From Paramecium tetraurelia (lineage: Eukaryota), in NCBI GenBank assembly GCA_000165425.1, contig CT868067.1, forward strand, positions 1 to 64,000: a stretch of 64,000 nt of DNA. Direction: 5' to 3'. Within the stretch, counting starts at the first letter, position 1; every line of letters begins with the position of its first letter. Positions 26,358 through 40,261 of the stretch are shown one piece after another. The notes below the pieces were generated by a model. The model had not been told where the DNA came from and did no database searches. It was given only the letters and a program-made list of their open reading frames with translations. Made by a program: the position numbers and the translations under genes.

Positions 26358-27910
26358 TCATTTAACACTTCTACTTTAATATAAGGCATAGTAACTCCAA
26401 ATTACTAAGATAAGTCCTAAAAGGGACATGATTCCAAATAGGTTAAATGGTGCTATTTTGCTCCAGTGATCCTAAAGCACTCCTCCTACAAATGAACAAA
26501 TTAAAATTCCTAAAACACTAAATACATTTGCTAATCCGGAGATGTATCTATGATATTGATATAAAAATACCCTCTAAATTCAGTATAAGCGTACTTATTT
26601 ACAAAGTATAATGCTCCAGTATAGAGTCCAGACATTCCACTTCCTAAAATGGCCATAATGATGAAAGTATAAGGACTTTTTGGATTGGGTGCAAAATTCA
26701 TTAAAAAGCATCCAATCATGGTAAGACTAAACATTATGAAAAGTAATTTGTTTTTGGAAACCTTCTCAAATAAAATGCCATAAAAGATAGCTCCTACCAT
26801 GATGACGGCATAGGTCACTCCAGAGAGGGTTTAAGCCTATGATTTAAAATAGAGACAATATGAATACTTAAATACTGGCTTCTTTGTAGGCATCGTCATC
26901 ATTTAAAGTGTCTTCCACGAATTATTGACTCCATATCTGTAATGATAAAGTGAGTAAGATGGAGTCTCCTCTTCCCAAGAAATTGGTCACGTACCCTTAA
27001 AATATCCATATATTCTTTCCAGCCAACAAGGCTATCTTCATAGCAGCTCCACAATTAGATTCTTGTTTGATTTGATTAAGAGCTCTGACTTCCTTCTCAT
27101 AATCGATGTAATCAAAGTCCTCATCTTGAATTTGCTTGATATTCTAATAGGGGCAAATGCTTCTTTCGATCAAATCATCTCTAAGAGGAGCATTCTTATA
27201 GGTTTTTCTTTCTTTTTTAAAATGTAATCCTCTTTTTAACCCTAAAGTGTAAAGTAAGCCCAGACATAGGAATGAGCATCCCACAACAATATAAGTGGTT
27301 TTGAGTGAGAAACTTTAGGTCAATAGTTTTGTTATTACTGTGGCTGAGAACAATGCTCCAAAGGCAGCCAGTATTACATTAATTGCTGAAGCTTTTCCTT
27401 TGGTTTAATCAAGGACATAGTCTCCTAGAAAAGGAATAGTGGCTAGTGTGATTGCTCCAATGGCATATTGAATCTAATTAGGATATTATGAATACTCTTG
27501 ATATACAATATTGTGGATAGATGTCTTCTGCGAATCCCATACTGCTGATTGAGAGTGCTGTCAAAATAATACCCACCTGCAATACTGGCACTCTTCCAAC
27601 CTTATCGCTCATTATTCCTACAATGGGGGCGAATATACATTTTGTTGCAATGTCTATCAGCAACATGTATCCATTTTCTAAATTATATTAATAGTTTACA
27701 CATGCCGGCATCTTTTGGATGGATCCCATATCTCTAGTTGAATAGCAACGGTTAGAGACTTTCGACACTTACAAAGATAAATGTCATGACGAAATAGTGG
27801 CACAGTGAACAGAAGTAGTTTGTGTGTGAGATGTCTGGGTACAGTTTTATTACTCCTCTAAAGACCTTTCTCTCTTGAGGAGCATTATCAGAAGGTTCAA
27901 TTTAATTCAT
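26358..27910 (-). CDS. Major facilitator superfamily transporter
   Basis: GIMSDKVGR motif A; about 12 hydrophobic segments; GGVLQDHWSKIAPF; several introns. Confidence 0.9.
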
Positions 27911-28124
27911 AATTTTAATTAATACAAAATTATCATTTTTATTTTGGGAAATATGATACGTGCTTTTTAGAAACTTCTATTATTTAGGCTTTAAGAAGAG
28001 TTTCAAAAATTAATTAGAAGTTTTGCATAATAAATCGATGTCTCATTCCGAATCCTTATTTATTTATAATTTGTGATTATAATAATATCTTCAAGAGAGT
28101 TACTAATATATAAATTATATTATT

Positions 28125-29255
28125 ATGAAAGCCAGAAGTGGTTGTTCCTAATTTCCAACTCTCTTTCAAATATCCACCTACATCCTCTTCATTTTAAATG
28201 CCGTCCTTATATTCATACACACATTCGCTCTTGAAGAAAATGTAATATCATTATCATTTTTAGATTGTACATTACATAATTTTCTCATTTTTGGTATGGA
28301 TTTCTATTTATTTTTGTATAAAAACCACTATCAGTGATCCAACTGATAGTTTTGTCATTTAATAATAAAATAATAGAGGGTATAAATCTCAAAAGAATTA
28401 GGGAATTCTTCGATTATGAGGACCAACAACTCAACCAATTTTGTGAACTTTGCTTTGCCTATGTTAAAGACACGACAAAACATTGTAAATCATGTGACAG
28501 GTAGTTTACTACATCTATTAGGTGTTGCGAAGATTTTGACCATCATTGTAGGTGGATAAACAATTGCATAGGGGGAAAAAATTATAAACCATTTATAGGT
28601 ATGATTGTATCTGTCTTCCTCCTCCTCTTATATTCTATTGTTGTCAATGGGAGAGTGATAAATCAATATCATGAAGAGGAACTATAAACATCAACTGTAC
28701 ATATTAACTTTATTTAAGTTCTACTCAAAACATGCATAGCTAATACTAATTATAACAGTTATTTTTTTAGTACTTGAAATAGTCGGATTCGTCTTCCTAT
28801 TACAATTGATTGCACTTCATGCATACATTTATAAAAAAGGGATGACAACATATGACTTCATAGTTAGTAGGAGAAAGAAAAAGGTTGAGCCTTCTAATTA
28901 ATCAGAAATCAATCGTGACAATAACCAGGAAAATAAAATCAAAAATATTAAAGACAGTAAAGAATAGGATAACAAACCTGTAATATAAAAAAAAGAGGAT
29001 GGAAAATAAGGAAGCAAAACTTATACTCATCCTGAAATCATAAAGAATGAAGGATCACTTTGTTCATCTAAAAAAGCCAAATAAACTGTATTATAGAAAC
29101 GGAAATTGACTTAGGACGGCAGCGATGAATATCAAAAGGAAAGTTTCGTCAATTTCTTTACTTAACGACATTAAACTAATATAGAATTTCAATTATAAAA
29201 TCGCAAAACCAATAATATCGAGGCGACGACACCAGAATTAGCCAAATTATAATGA
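28125..29255 (+). CDS. DHHC palmitoyl acyltransferase
   Basis: FCELC...KHCKSCDR/CCEDFDHHCRWINNCIGGKNY; TTYD motif; transmembrane segments. Confidence 0.95.
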
Positions 29256-29760
29256 AATACTACAGTATAAATAATAGTCTTTGTCAATAATTATTAAATC
29301 TTTTTCTATAGATCCAATTTGACTGATTTCATTAGTTTTAACTAAGTCTTTATTTTTCTTATTGATTTCAATTTAAGAAAAGCCTTTTTTTAGTAAATTG
29401 AAGAAATCTATTTAAAATATTAAATAAAATGGTAGAGACATTCTCCTATAACTCAGTTCAGATAAAGCTTTCCATTACAAGTCTCTATTTTAACATAATA
29501 TAATATAATATTCTTAATGTTTAATTATATACCTTAAAGAATTTATATTATATTAAAATCTTTACTTTTATATCTGGGCTAAAAATGCAAGGAAAATATA
29601 ATTCTTAAATTCTACTACTAGTCTCTTATGTAGAATTCATTTACATTGAAATCTAGTAATTGATAGATTGGGAATGGAGAGATGCTATTTACCTTTCTAA
29701 TAACTTTGCATTTTACTAATAATTTATTAAACATGAGATGCCTTATTCATTAATTTAATT

Positions 29761-31229
29761 ATGAGTAGATATCCACAAGTCTTTTTAGATTTTCAAATAG
29801 GTACTTAGGCAGCTGGTAGAGTTATCTTTGACTTGTTCAATGATGTGACACCCAAAACGGCAGAAAACTTCAGAGGTCTTTGCACAGGTGAATATGGTAA
29901 TGTGGGAATGGCAAAGAAAACCAAAAAGTTGCATTATTTGAATACCAATGTATTTAGGATAGCTGATAATATGTTGATTCAAGGAGGTGATATTATAAAT
30001 AATGATGGAACTGGAGTATAATAAATTAAAATTTTAGGGTGCTTCAATTTATGGTTAAACTTTTGTAGACGAGAATTTTTCAAGAAGACATGCATGTGCA
30101 GGTTTGTTATCTATGGCAAACAGAGGAAGAAATACAAATAACTCTCAGTTTTTTATTACTTTAAAACCATGTCCCCATTTAGATGGAAAACATGTTGTAT
30201 TTGGATAGGTGATTGATGGCATCGAAGTCATTAAAAGAGTAGGTCAGGTGACTGTGGATATGCAAGATAGGCCAAGAATTCCAGTGATTATTATTAATTG
30301 CGGCGAGGTCTCAGAATCTAAAAATTGGTTGATTTGTGATCCTTTTAAAAAGGAGATTATGGATGAAATTCATAGAGATAGATTAAAGGCATTATATGGA
30401 TAAGAATATCTGGATGAGTTGGATAAGGAGGAAGAATAAAAATTATAGGCTTTGAATCCTGAAAAGTATAAGTAATAAAGTTTAGAAAATGAGGAGGAAA
30501 GCAATAAGTAATTGTTGGTCGAATAGTTACTATAGAAATAAACAGAAAAATAAGAGCAAGAATATGATTCATAAGAAAAATTACACTAATTTGAAGGGAA
30601 AAACTTTATGACATAAAAACACAAAGAAAGGTATTTGGAATTGACAAAGAAAATCTAGCAATCTAAAGTATTAAATGATAAGGCAGTTTTAAATGAGGAA
30701 AGGTAAAATACTGATGCTTAATATGATAAAAATCTAAGAAAAGGAAAATATCTTAAGAAAAAGGAAGCAGAGAAATAAGAACTTGAATTCAAATAAATAG
30801 ATGAGGATAAGGATTATTTGAATAGAATGACTCTCAAACATGATGAAGAATAAGAAAAAAAAAAAGAATATTTTGGGTGGGATGTATTTAACGAGGATGC
30901 TGTTTATAATGCTTATAAGAAAAGATGCACCACTTTAGCAAAAAATGAAGGAAAATATAAGCAATAAATGGGTATTTAATATTTATTAATTCTTAGAAAG
31001 CAATTAGGAGTTTCTACCTACTAATGAGGCTTTGGAGAGACTGAGTTCTGATATAGCAAATTAATAAGAGAGGAGAAAAGAGTTTTCAAGAAGAAGGAGA
31101 TTCAATGAAGATTAACCAGTAACATACATCAATGAAAGAAATAGGATCTTCAATAAAAAATTAGAGAGATTCTTTGGAGACTATGCTGCAGATATTAAGG
31201 CTAATTTAGAAAGAGGAACTGCATCTTGA
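29761..31229 (+). CDS. Cyclophilin-type PPIase fused to a C-terminal SYF2 splicing-factor domain
   Basis: [48 protein letters not shown]-terminus [46 protein letters not shown] (SYF2). Confidence 0.93.
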
Positions 31230-31550
31230 TACAATTATATATTTTAATATACCATTAAGAATAAAAAAATAAATTAATATCATAATTTAATCGACATCAT
31301 TTCAATTTATTAAACTTAGAAATCAAACAATAATTAATATAAAGTTTTACAAATTCAATAAAATAAACTGAAATATCTAGAAATTCATAAACAAAAATTA
31401 AATTGATCGTTAAATTGTTTTAATAAATAGTAAAGTAGAGAATCAAGAGTTTTATTGAAATAGATCTAAGCTCCTTCTTTATTTATACCGAACTTAATTT
31501 GATTTTGAGGAGTCATCTTTTGAATTGATTATTTTATATCCTATTTATTT

Positions 31551-31635
31551 ATCAGAGGATGAGGAAACATAGATCCCAGTAGTATAATGTACAATTCATA
31601 AGAGATCAGAAACGAAAGTCTAACTGAGCCCTGAT
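31551..31635 (+). ncRNA. Possible box C/D snoRNA
   Basis: Box C variant ATGAGGA at 31559, box D CTGA at 31624, closing stem ATCAG(A)GG/CCCTGAT; intergenic and less AT-rich than its flanks. Confidence 0.3.
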
Positions 31636-31659
31636 AATTTGATTCTTTATATATATTTA

Positions 31660-33522
31660 ATGGAAAATCGTTTAGAAAAAAATGTCAACAAATTAATCGA
31701 ACGCTACAAAAAGACCAGCCAGTAACTAGAATAAATGATCCAAACAGAATAAACCATTTCTCAACCAGTTACTGTGTATTAAACAAGATCTCGACAAAGC
31801 AGAAATAATTTCAATGATGAGTAATCTTCTATCAATACTGAATAGAGAGAGTTCATCAAGAGAAAAAAAGAATCATTCAATTGAGTAGATAAGTAGACTT
31901 AGAGAAACCTTAAATGCTAAAGAATTATAAGAAAAGGAAAAATAGGATAGATTGAGAATTTTGAATAAAGAATTAAAAGTAGTCATCTTTATCTAATTTA
32001 GATGACCTTAAAAGATTATATGTAAGCAAATAGAGACTTGGAAATTAAAGTGAATCAAAGAGAAAAGCACATTAAATCATTAGAATATGAATTAAAATCT
32101 ATTTAGGATTCATATTCCAAGGTTGAAAACAATTCTAAAGAGAATAGACTAAAATATGAAGGATAAGAGAAAATAATTGAATAACTCTAGTAATAATAAT
32201 ATGATTCACATCAAAAATTATTATTGAAGAAAGATAAAATTTAATTGTTAAAAGAGTAACTAAAACAACAAGAAACTTAATTTGATGAGTAAGGATAAAA
32301 TTTTGCTAAAGAATTAGAACGGGTTTAAAGAATGTGTGAAGATTTTTCAATTGAGATGTACAACTATTTAATTAATAGTCATTAGTAAGAATTAAGAAGC
32401 ATAAAATAGAGAACTAGAAGAGGAAAAAATGTAACTATTGGAAGAAACACAATAAAAAGAAGCTTAAATTTAATATTTTGATCAATTAGTATAGGATTTT
32501 CGTTTAAGAGATGAAGACAACTAAAAATCAATTGACTATTTAAATAAAGAGTTACAATATCATAAAGCATAAACTTAGTAATATATAATAAAATTTGAAG
32601 AATGTTAAGAATAATTAAAATAAGTTTCTGAAAACACTTAAGAAAAGCTTTCAAACCTTGAAAAAGAATCAAAAAAGTATTAAGACTAATTTCAAGATTT
32701 ATTAAATTAAAAAAAACAAAAATCAAATCAAAATAAGCTAAAGATCGAGTAGTTATAATAGACAATATTGGATTTATAAAGGAAAATAGATAATGAAGAG
32801 AAAAATAAAGAAATTCAGGAATATGATTTCAAAAATTTATAATAATTTAGTAATGAATTGAAACAGCTGTCTGATTAATAAGCATAAAAATTATTCAATT
32901 AAGAAGAAAAAATATAATCTTTACATTTAGAAATATCTAAATAGAAGCAGTTAAGTTCAAATTTACTCAGTCAAATTAAATAAATGGAATAAAAATCTTC
33001 TTAAGAGTAAACAATGATAGAATAAGTATGATATACATATTATTAATAGCTAAAAGATGATAATCAAAACTTATCTGATTCAATTGTATAATTGTAAAAT
33101 TACATTAGAAATTTAGAGGAAAACCATTTACAGTGTAAATAATAGCATGAAAAATAAATGGATGAAATTGAAAAAAAAATAGATGATTTGGTTGAATCAG
33201 GTCTAAATGCTCAGGAGCAATTACAAGAATATATTTAGAAGGAGAATGAACTTAAGTAAAAAGTAAAGTAGTCAGAACTTGAGACACAAAATCAATAGGA
33301 AAAATGTCAGAAATATAAATAATAATTATAAAGTCTTAGACATACTATAAAGAATGTAGAAATGCTCATTTATTTTAGTTGGAAGATAAATTCAAATAAT
33401 ATGATTGTTAGGCTTAATAAATTTAAATTTAATCGTAAAAATAGGTTGAATTGCAGAATTAATAAAAAATTAAAGTTTTAGAAGATATTTAGTCATTAAT
33501 AAAATTACATAAAAAAAATTGA
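31660..33522 (+). CDS. Long coiled-coil protein
   Basis: MENRLEKNVNKLIERY... Q/E/K-rich frame across several tiny introns; TGA at 33520-33522. Confidence 0.75.
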
Positions 33523-33734
33523 TAATTAATTTATATTATTAAAACAAATAAAATTCCTCATGTTGATAATATTAATATTTACTATTTTCTTTGATTTATG
33601 ACGTCTTGACCTTCATTTCATTACACTCGAGTGATAATGCATATGTTAAGTGCATTTAAATCCTTCACTAACTTAACAAATAAATCTTGGAATTTCTTTT
33701 ATGATTAAATAATATTAAAATTTACAAAAGGAAA

Positions 33735-34617
33735 ATGAACCCTTAGGATCATTAAAATCAAATTGCACAAAACTTTAGACCTATATAAAATTACTCTTTT
33801 TTCTATAACACTTTGCACATGCCTTATTAATTTTCTCATCCTTGTGCATACAATGCTCCTCAAGGAATGTTTTTTCAGAGATAGATGCCTCCTGTCTTGA
33901 TGCCTGATCCATAGCATCATCAAAAGCAGCAATAGCCGAAAGTAGTTATAACAATTTCGAGTGATGAGGAGGAAGTGCATCCAAAGCCATAGGAACAAGC
34001 TCCAAAACCTGTTGCAAAACCACCTCCTCAACCCAAAAAGTAGCCTAAGATCTTGGACTTGGATTAGTTGGAAAGTTAAGGAAGGGTGTATGATTATGAG
34101 TCTTCTGCCTCTCCTTAACTTCCAAGAAGAGTCTCAAAAGGTTTAAATTTTTAGAAGACAATGCGATAAATGCATTATGAGAACTTCTAATCACCAAAGC
34201 AGAAGAAGAAGCCTTAGAAAATTCGTAAGGAACCTACTCGCATCCAACCAAAGATAGCAAAGCAAGTTCAAATAGGAAGATAGCGGCAACTAATTGTATT
34301 TCCCCAATCAAATGTAAAAACGCGTTTAATCAGAGTTTACACTAAAAATGAAGAGAAATGTACTTAATATAATATATTTGAGACAGTCTAAAAATTATAT
34401 AATATCATCTTGTAGAATTTTCCAAATGTCAATGATGAGGATGTAGTGAGAATCCTTAATTTCTCAGGGAAATCGTACAAAAAAGCAATTAACTTTGTTC
34501 AAGAGAATGGATTTCTAGTGCAATATTTGATTGAGAGTAATAAGAATTTAAAATACCTTTTTAGCTTATTAGAATAATATCTTATCAAGCGAGGAAGAAT
34601 CAAAAAATAAAAAGTGA
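33735..34617 (+). CDS. Hypothetical Pro/Gln-rich protein with a small helical (UBA/CUE-like) C-terminal domain
   Basis: MNPQDHQNQ...VITISSDEEE...NFPNVNDEDVVRILNFSGKSYKKAI; two introns inferred. Confidence 0.65.
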
Positions 34618-34975
34618 ATTTGAAAATATTAAATTATTATATATTATAGTAGTTTTTACATCGAAATTTAAAATTGATATGTTCTTGAATTTATTATTTA
34701 AATTAATTCATTACGTCATTCATATTCATTTTGAATTAAAAATTATAAATTATTCTCAATTTTATCACAAATTCTAACTGGATTTTTAAATTGCATTTCT
34801 ATTATACCAACAAAAGAATAGTAAGATTTTCCTATACTAAAAAAGAAAGAAACATAGAATACCATTCTTTAATTTCAATCTCATTCACACAATATTAATT
34901 ATTTTTTTTTAAAAGATATGTTTATTTAAACTGAATTTACTGGTTTATTATATCATGATAAAAATAATTAAATTA

Positions 34976-36415
34976 TCAATTTTGCCATCCATAATCGTCT
35001 TGTCTTTTGACTTTTAATGTCCTTGGAAGTGGTTATAATTTGATTTCCTCATCATATTGTATTCTTACTGCTGGTTGAATATTGTTATGAACTAATGGTT
35101 GTTTAGGGAAGGATGCTATATAAGCGGAAGGCTGTTAATTAGTTTCAATCATCTAATGATAAACATATAATATTACAAATGAATGAACCTTGCCCATCAA
35201 TATATTCCAAGGCATATTGGTGTAAATAGTGGGCATATTATGATAAGGAGATTTGGATACGAAATATCCTTCGCTGTTTCCTAAAACCTCATAAAAGTAA
35301 AAGGAACTCTCATATTACATATATTTATTAACATAGAATGGATAACTGTCGCTAGGTATTTTGTATACTTAATTTAACATTTGTTCTAAAAATCCCCAAT
35401 TAGTATATTTGTTAATTTGTAAACACTTGTGTAAAAATTATTTGTTTTGATCAAAATTCTATGCATACAATGAACCCATTCCTGTGAAAGAACAAAATTT
35501 AGATTAGTCGCAGCCACTTTTAAATTGACCACATGTAGTACAATAAGCATTAAATAGATTTAGATCCTTTTTCCCATTTCTAACTGCCATACATAGAGTA
35601 ACATTTCCTACTTGATTCGCAGTGGCTTAAGTGTAGAGAGGTTCAATATGTTTGCCAAGATCGTGTGCAACTTAGGCAAATTTAGCAAGAGATCCTTAAA
35701 GTATGATTTCAGAATTGCAATGTACGTCATTTGGGAAAAAGTGGATTTGCGATTTAGCTAGTTTTCCAATTGACATAAAATTAGGTGAGAAATTTTATAT
35801 CGTGTATATCAACAATCCACCATCATTAATTGCCTTAAGAGCTGGCACGACTAATGCAAATGGTTTACGAAAGATCTCCTCAATTTCAATGAAATCGAAC
35901 TTCTTACCTGTGAGATATTCATATTTATCCATTTATACTAACTATGGAGATGAAAGCCCATTTAGATTTAAAATATAATTTGTGAAGTCTATGAAATTCC
36001 TTTTACTATCACAAGCAACTGGGTCATAATTTAAATCTTAAATGTACCTCACCAAACGGGAAGTTGCTTAGCCACCTAAGATTGCTGCTTTAGGTTTAGT
36101 TGAACCAAAATATGCTTCTGCCAAAATAAGATGCAAATCTCTATTAATTTTCATATTGTTGTTGTAAGGGTAAAACATGTCTGTTTATGTTTAAGGATCA
36201 AAAATTGATTCTGGATTAAGGTAATGATACTTCATATTTTCCTCGATGGATTCATAAATATGAATTTAATTTTTATTCTTCTCAAAAAACTCTTTTGTGT
36301 AGAATCCTTGAGGAGGTGAGTCCATTTCCAATAAGGTTAGTTTTGGTGCATGTAATTTCAACATCATTGGGTTTCCTTGTTTTTTTAAGATATCTCTTGC
36401 AAGTGTAGTTTTCAT
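34976..36415 (-). CDS. Degenerate Trm1-like (tRNA m2,2G26 methyltransferase family) protein
   Basis: FYPYNNNMKINRDL, RLVRY, FDFIEI, ALKAINDGGLL, AHDLGKHIEPL and CTTCG follow the Trm1 motif order. Confidence 0.65.
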
Positions 36416-37116
36416 AAATATTTTTATTTAATTACAATTATTAAAGAAGTGTAAAACTTCATAATTGCTTAATAATTAGAACAATTAGATCATTTTTATG
36501 CTTTGGAATCATTGGATTTGTTATTTAGAATAAGATTTCTCTTATTCTTAAAATTAAAAGTGTTCTAGTTGGTAATCAATTCTCAGATTTATCTATTTCA
36601 AATTCTGCTTCAGGATTTCTTTTTGAAATAAATTAGATAGATAAAACTAATCTTTTTTACCTAAGAAATTGATATATCATTTATTTAATATAAAATATAA
36701 GAGATCATTCCTTTTTTTAAATAGCACCTATAATTCTTATTTTGATTTATGAAATTTTAGCTGATTTCTATTTCAGGTAACTAAACCAATAATCATTTTA
36801 TTGTTCTTCAAAATCCATAATTTCATTTAATTATGAAATTCTTTTAAACAAAACAATAAAATTTCGTATTATTTTTACATAACTTTTTCCGATGCTTAAA
36901 TTTAGTTTAAATATCAATTGATATAATTTCATAATAATTATGACCTTATTTTTATTCAGTATCTCATTTCTATTATTTAATTTGCAAATAACTAATTATG
37001 ATCCTTAAGCCCTGTATCGTAAGTTGCCTCATAATTGATTGCTTGATCAAAGCATAGGAGTCTTCAAACTTAAAATATATTATATTGAAAAAGTTTCTTC
37101 AATATTATAATTTATA

Positions 37117-37740
37117 ATGAAATCAAAAAAACATTTTGGATCATCCACTACTCAATTTGAAATGTTGATGTTGAAGTTTAATTGGAGCATGAAAATGAAT
37201 GCTCTCCAAAAGATATTTATAAGAAGATGCAGATAACCATTATATGATCTCAAAAATCATGGGAATGAGCATCCAGAAAGAATTGTCAAAAGACATGTTC
37301 GCCATTTATCAGACCAAGTTGATGATTCAATGGAGCAACTCAAATTGTTGGAATTACTCAAACATAGAAGAACTCCAACTGACAATTTTCATAAATGCAA
37401 TTCTTCGAATCTAACTCGAATCTACAGCAATAGGAATCGAGATATGAATTCTTCTTTCTTTCAATCTGATGAGAATAATATAATCAATGATTAATTTTTG
37501 GAATTATTTAAGGATCAAAAAGATTAAACATATTTTGGCATCTTGAGTAAATTTCAAATCCATATTAGCCCCAAGAACTCAAATTGAATAGGAGAATCTC
37601 CATAAATTGTTGGAACATAAAAGATTGAATTCAAATGATATTCATACATTCATTTAATTAGTCAAGAAACCAAGAATAGTACTAGAAGAAGAAAAAAATT
37701 AATAATTAGAATCAAGTACTAATTTTAAATTGTTGATTTT
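37117..37740 (+). CDS. Hypothetical protein, 3' end uncertain
   Basis: MKSKKHFGSSTTQF... open for ~150 codons; probable intron at ~37547-37568. Confidence 0.5.
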
Positions 37741-37780
37741 CTTAACGATATTACTATTTATTATAATAACACTTATTTGA

Positions 37781-40242
37781 TCATTATATTCCTCTTTAAT
37801 TTGCAATCAAAGCTTTTATTTATTTTATGTCTGTATTCCATTAGCCAAATGGTATGATACACTTAAAAAAGGCATACAAAGAAGGCTTTAATTAGGATTC
37901 TGTTATACCAATCAAATAAGTTTACTAAAATTTTGGATTTTACTGAACAAATTCCTATTCATTTTTTTGAACAATCTTTGTAAAATCTGCAATTTCTTAT
38001 TGCTTTTTAACAAATAACATAATAAAATAAAACTGTTTGCCGGCCAACAAATATTCTTTGTAAAGTCTGATCACATCAACTATATCAACAACTATTATAG
38101 GGTTCTTAATCTCAAAATTATCATATGTAGAATTTCCAAAATTTGTTATGATATCGCTTTATAATTTGATATTAGAAACATAACAAAGTATCTCATTTAC
38201 TGTCTTTGGAGGCTAGATTACATTACAACGATGTGTCCACTTTAAATTGGTTCTATTATCCCTGCTTGACTAAACATCTTTGTTAAAATTAAACATAGCA
38301 GGTTCTGAATTGCTTTTACAATTTGAATCATTTCTTCTTGGAAAAACGACGTTGTAATTATTTTTGACAAGTTTCTTCTTTTTCTTAGTTTTTTTGGCTC
38401 TGGACAACCTTTATTAGAACTTCTCTTTGAGTAAATCTTATAGTTTAGTTGGGTTAATTTGAGGAGTATTGAATGAAGGAGGAGAATTGACTATACTATC
38501 TGCATATTCCTAGAATAATTAATAATGATTACACTGATTGCAAACTTATCATTATTTTCTGATTGATCAATGACGATCTAATCAAAGATACCTTTATCTC
38601 TGGCATCTTCGAGTGTGATCTCTAATAATAAAATAAGTTCATCTCTGATTTCAGGGAAATTTATATCAATTTTGCTGGTTATTTATTCTGGCAGTGTTTA
38701 AGTATTCGTTGTGGTTTATAAACTTTTTCTAATTTAAGAATCCAACATAAATTTTGTGGGAAGTATTTACACTTTTTCTTTCCATTAATAATGATAATCA
38801 TTTAAAACAATTCTAGAGAAAGTGATATCTGTAAATTGAGATACGTGATCTTGTTTATTGCTTGCAATGTAACTTAAAAAAGTAAAGGTAATAATAACAT
38901 TATCTCCGTCGGTTTAAAATTTAAATTCATTTTTATTTAGTTTCATTAATCGCTTACAGATTTGAAGACAATAGATCAGAAACTATTCATGAAGATTTAA
39001 TTTTGCATCTCTTAATCCAAAAACTTAGGAATATAATTTAATGACTGAAGGTGTACATGTAAATATTAAGACGAACTCTAAATCATAACTTGAGTTCTCT
39101 TGATTGATTTGTGATACTATGCATTTAATAGATAATTCGCCTTTTTATTTATCACAAAATCTAGTCGAAAATAGCAAGGTTTATAAAATAAACATGAGTA
39201 GTGTTTTATCACCTGCCACCAATTCTGGAATGCCATTTTCAAATGTTAAATCAATTTTATTAAAATGCTCATATAATTTGAGTACAGTACATTCGATTAG
39301 ATTACATAATTGGATTTTGATGTCAAATAATTTGATATCTTATGAGGGACTTATAATTTAGGAGATGATGTAATGTTCCAAATCAAGACATTCGGATAAG
39401 CATTAACCTAAAGTACTTAGATCTGATTCTTTGATCATACGAAATGCTCTCAAATTGTTCCATTTTGTATAGTCCTGACTTAAGAGTGCATGCAATTTAA
39501 TAATTTTTTCGTTCATTAGTGTAAAGAAAGAATCATCATGACATTAAAAATAGGTTTCAATTAATAATAAATTGTTTTCCCATGGTTTAACTTGATATTC
39601 TATCAATTATTACTCACTGGTTTCGAATTGTGCGATTCCTACATGTTTCTTTTGTATAAAATCTGTCACTTACTGTTAAGATAAGGATGGCAATTTTGTT
39701 GTTTTGCTAGAAAAGAGCACATTCAGGTTTTCATCTAAATAAAGGATATGATGAGGTAGGTTGAGTATCATACCTTCATACTCCTATTGAATGGCGTTCA
39801 TTCTGCAAATCTTAGCATAAAAGTATCTTTTCAGTATTTCAATAGCCCTTAGGAGAGTAATCATGAATAGGAATAGGTAAATGTGACTAGGTTAACGTAT
39901 TGTTAGAAGTTGAAATAACACCTAAAAAGGCCAATAAGGGATAAGAATTAAATTGATTAAAAAAGTGAAGATGTGAGATTAGAAACAATAAATTTAGATT
40001 TCCCCTAATGAAGCAGCACAGAGGATAATTTATATAAGATATCTCCATTTGTACTTGTTTTCATAGTAGAATATTGAGGTGATGAATGCAGTTGCAAATG
40101 TAAGGAAAGTATGTTGAAAAATGAGTTTGAGCAAGAGAATAAATGGGAAAAATGATATACCTGTGTAAACTGAGTTTCTGAAATTCTGCTCATGTTTTTC
40201 ATAATTGAATCTGGCAGTTGATGAGACTTGATATTTGTCCAT
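37781..40242 (-). CDS. Membrane-anchored degenerate hybrid histidine-kinase-like protein
   Basis: N-terminal TM segments; IPELVAGDKTLLMFILQTLLFSTRF...GELSI resembles the HATPase_c N-box region; receiver-like C-terminus. No canonical H-box seen. Confidence 0.55.
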
Positions 40243-40261
40243 ATTATTTTATTATTTATAC

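Noticed and set aside
31551..31635. Hammerhead ribozyme, SECIS or tRNA reading of this island
   Set aside because: Core motifs are in the wrong order for a hammerhead, there is no SECIS helix, and no T-loop/B-box.
36416..37116. Coding-like minus-strand fragments in a long intergenic region
   Set aside because: No continuous frame could be built; at most a decayed gene remnant.
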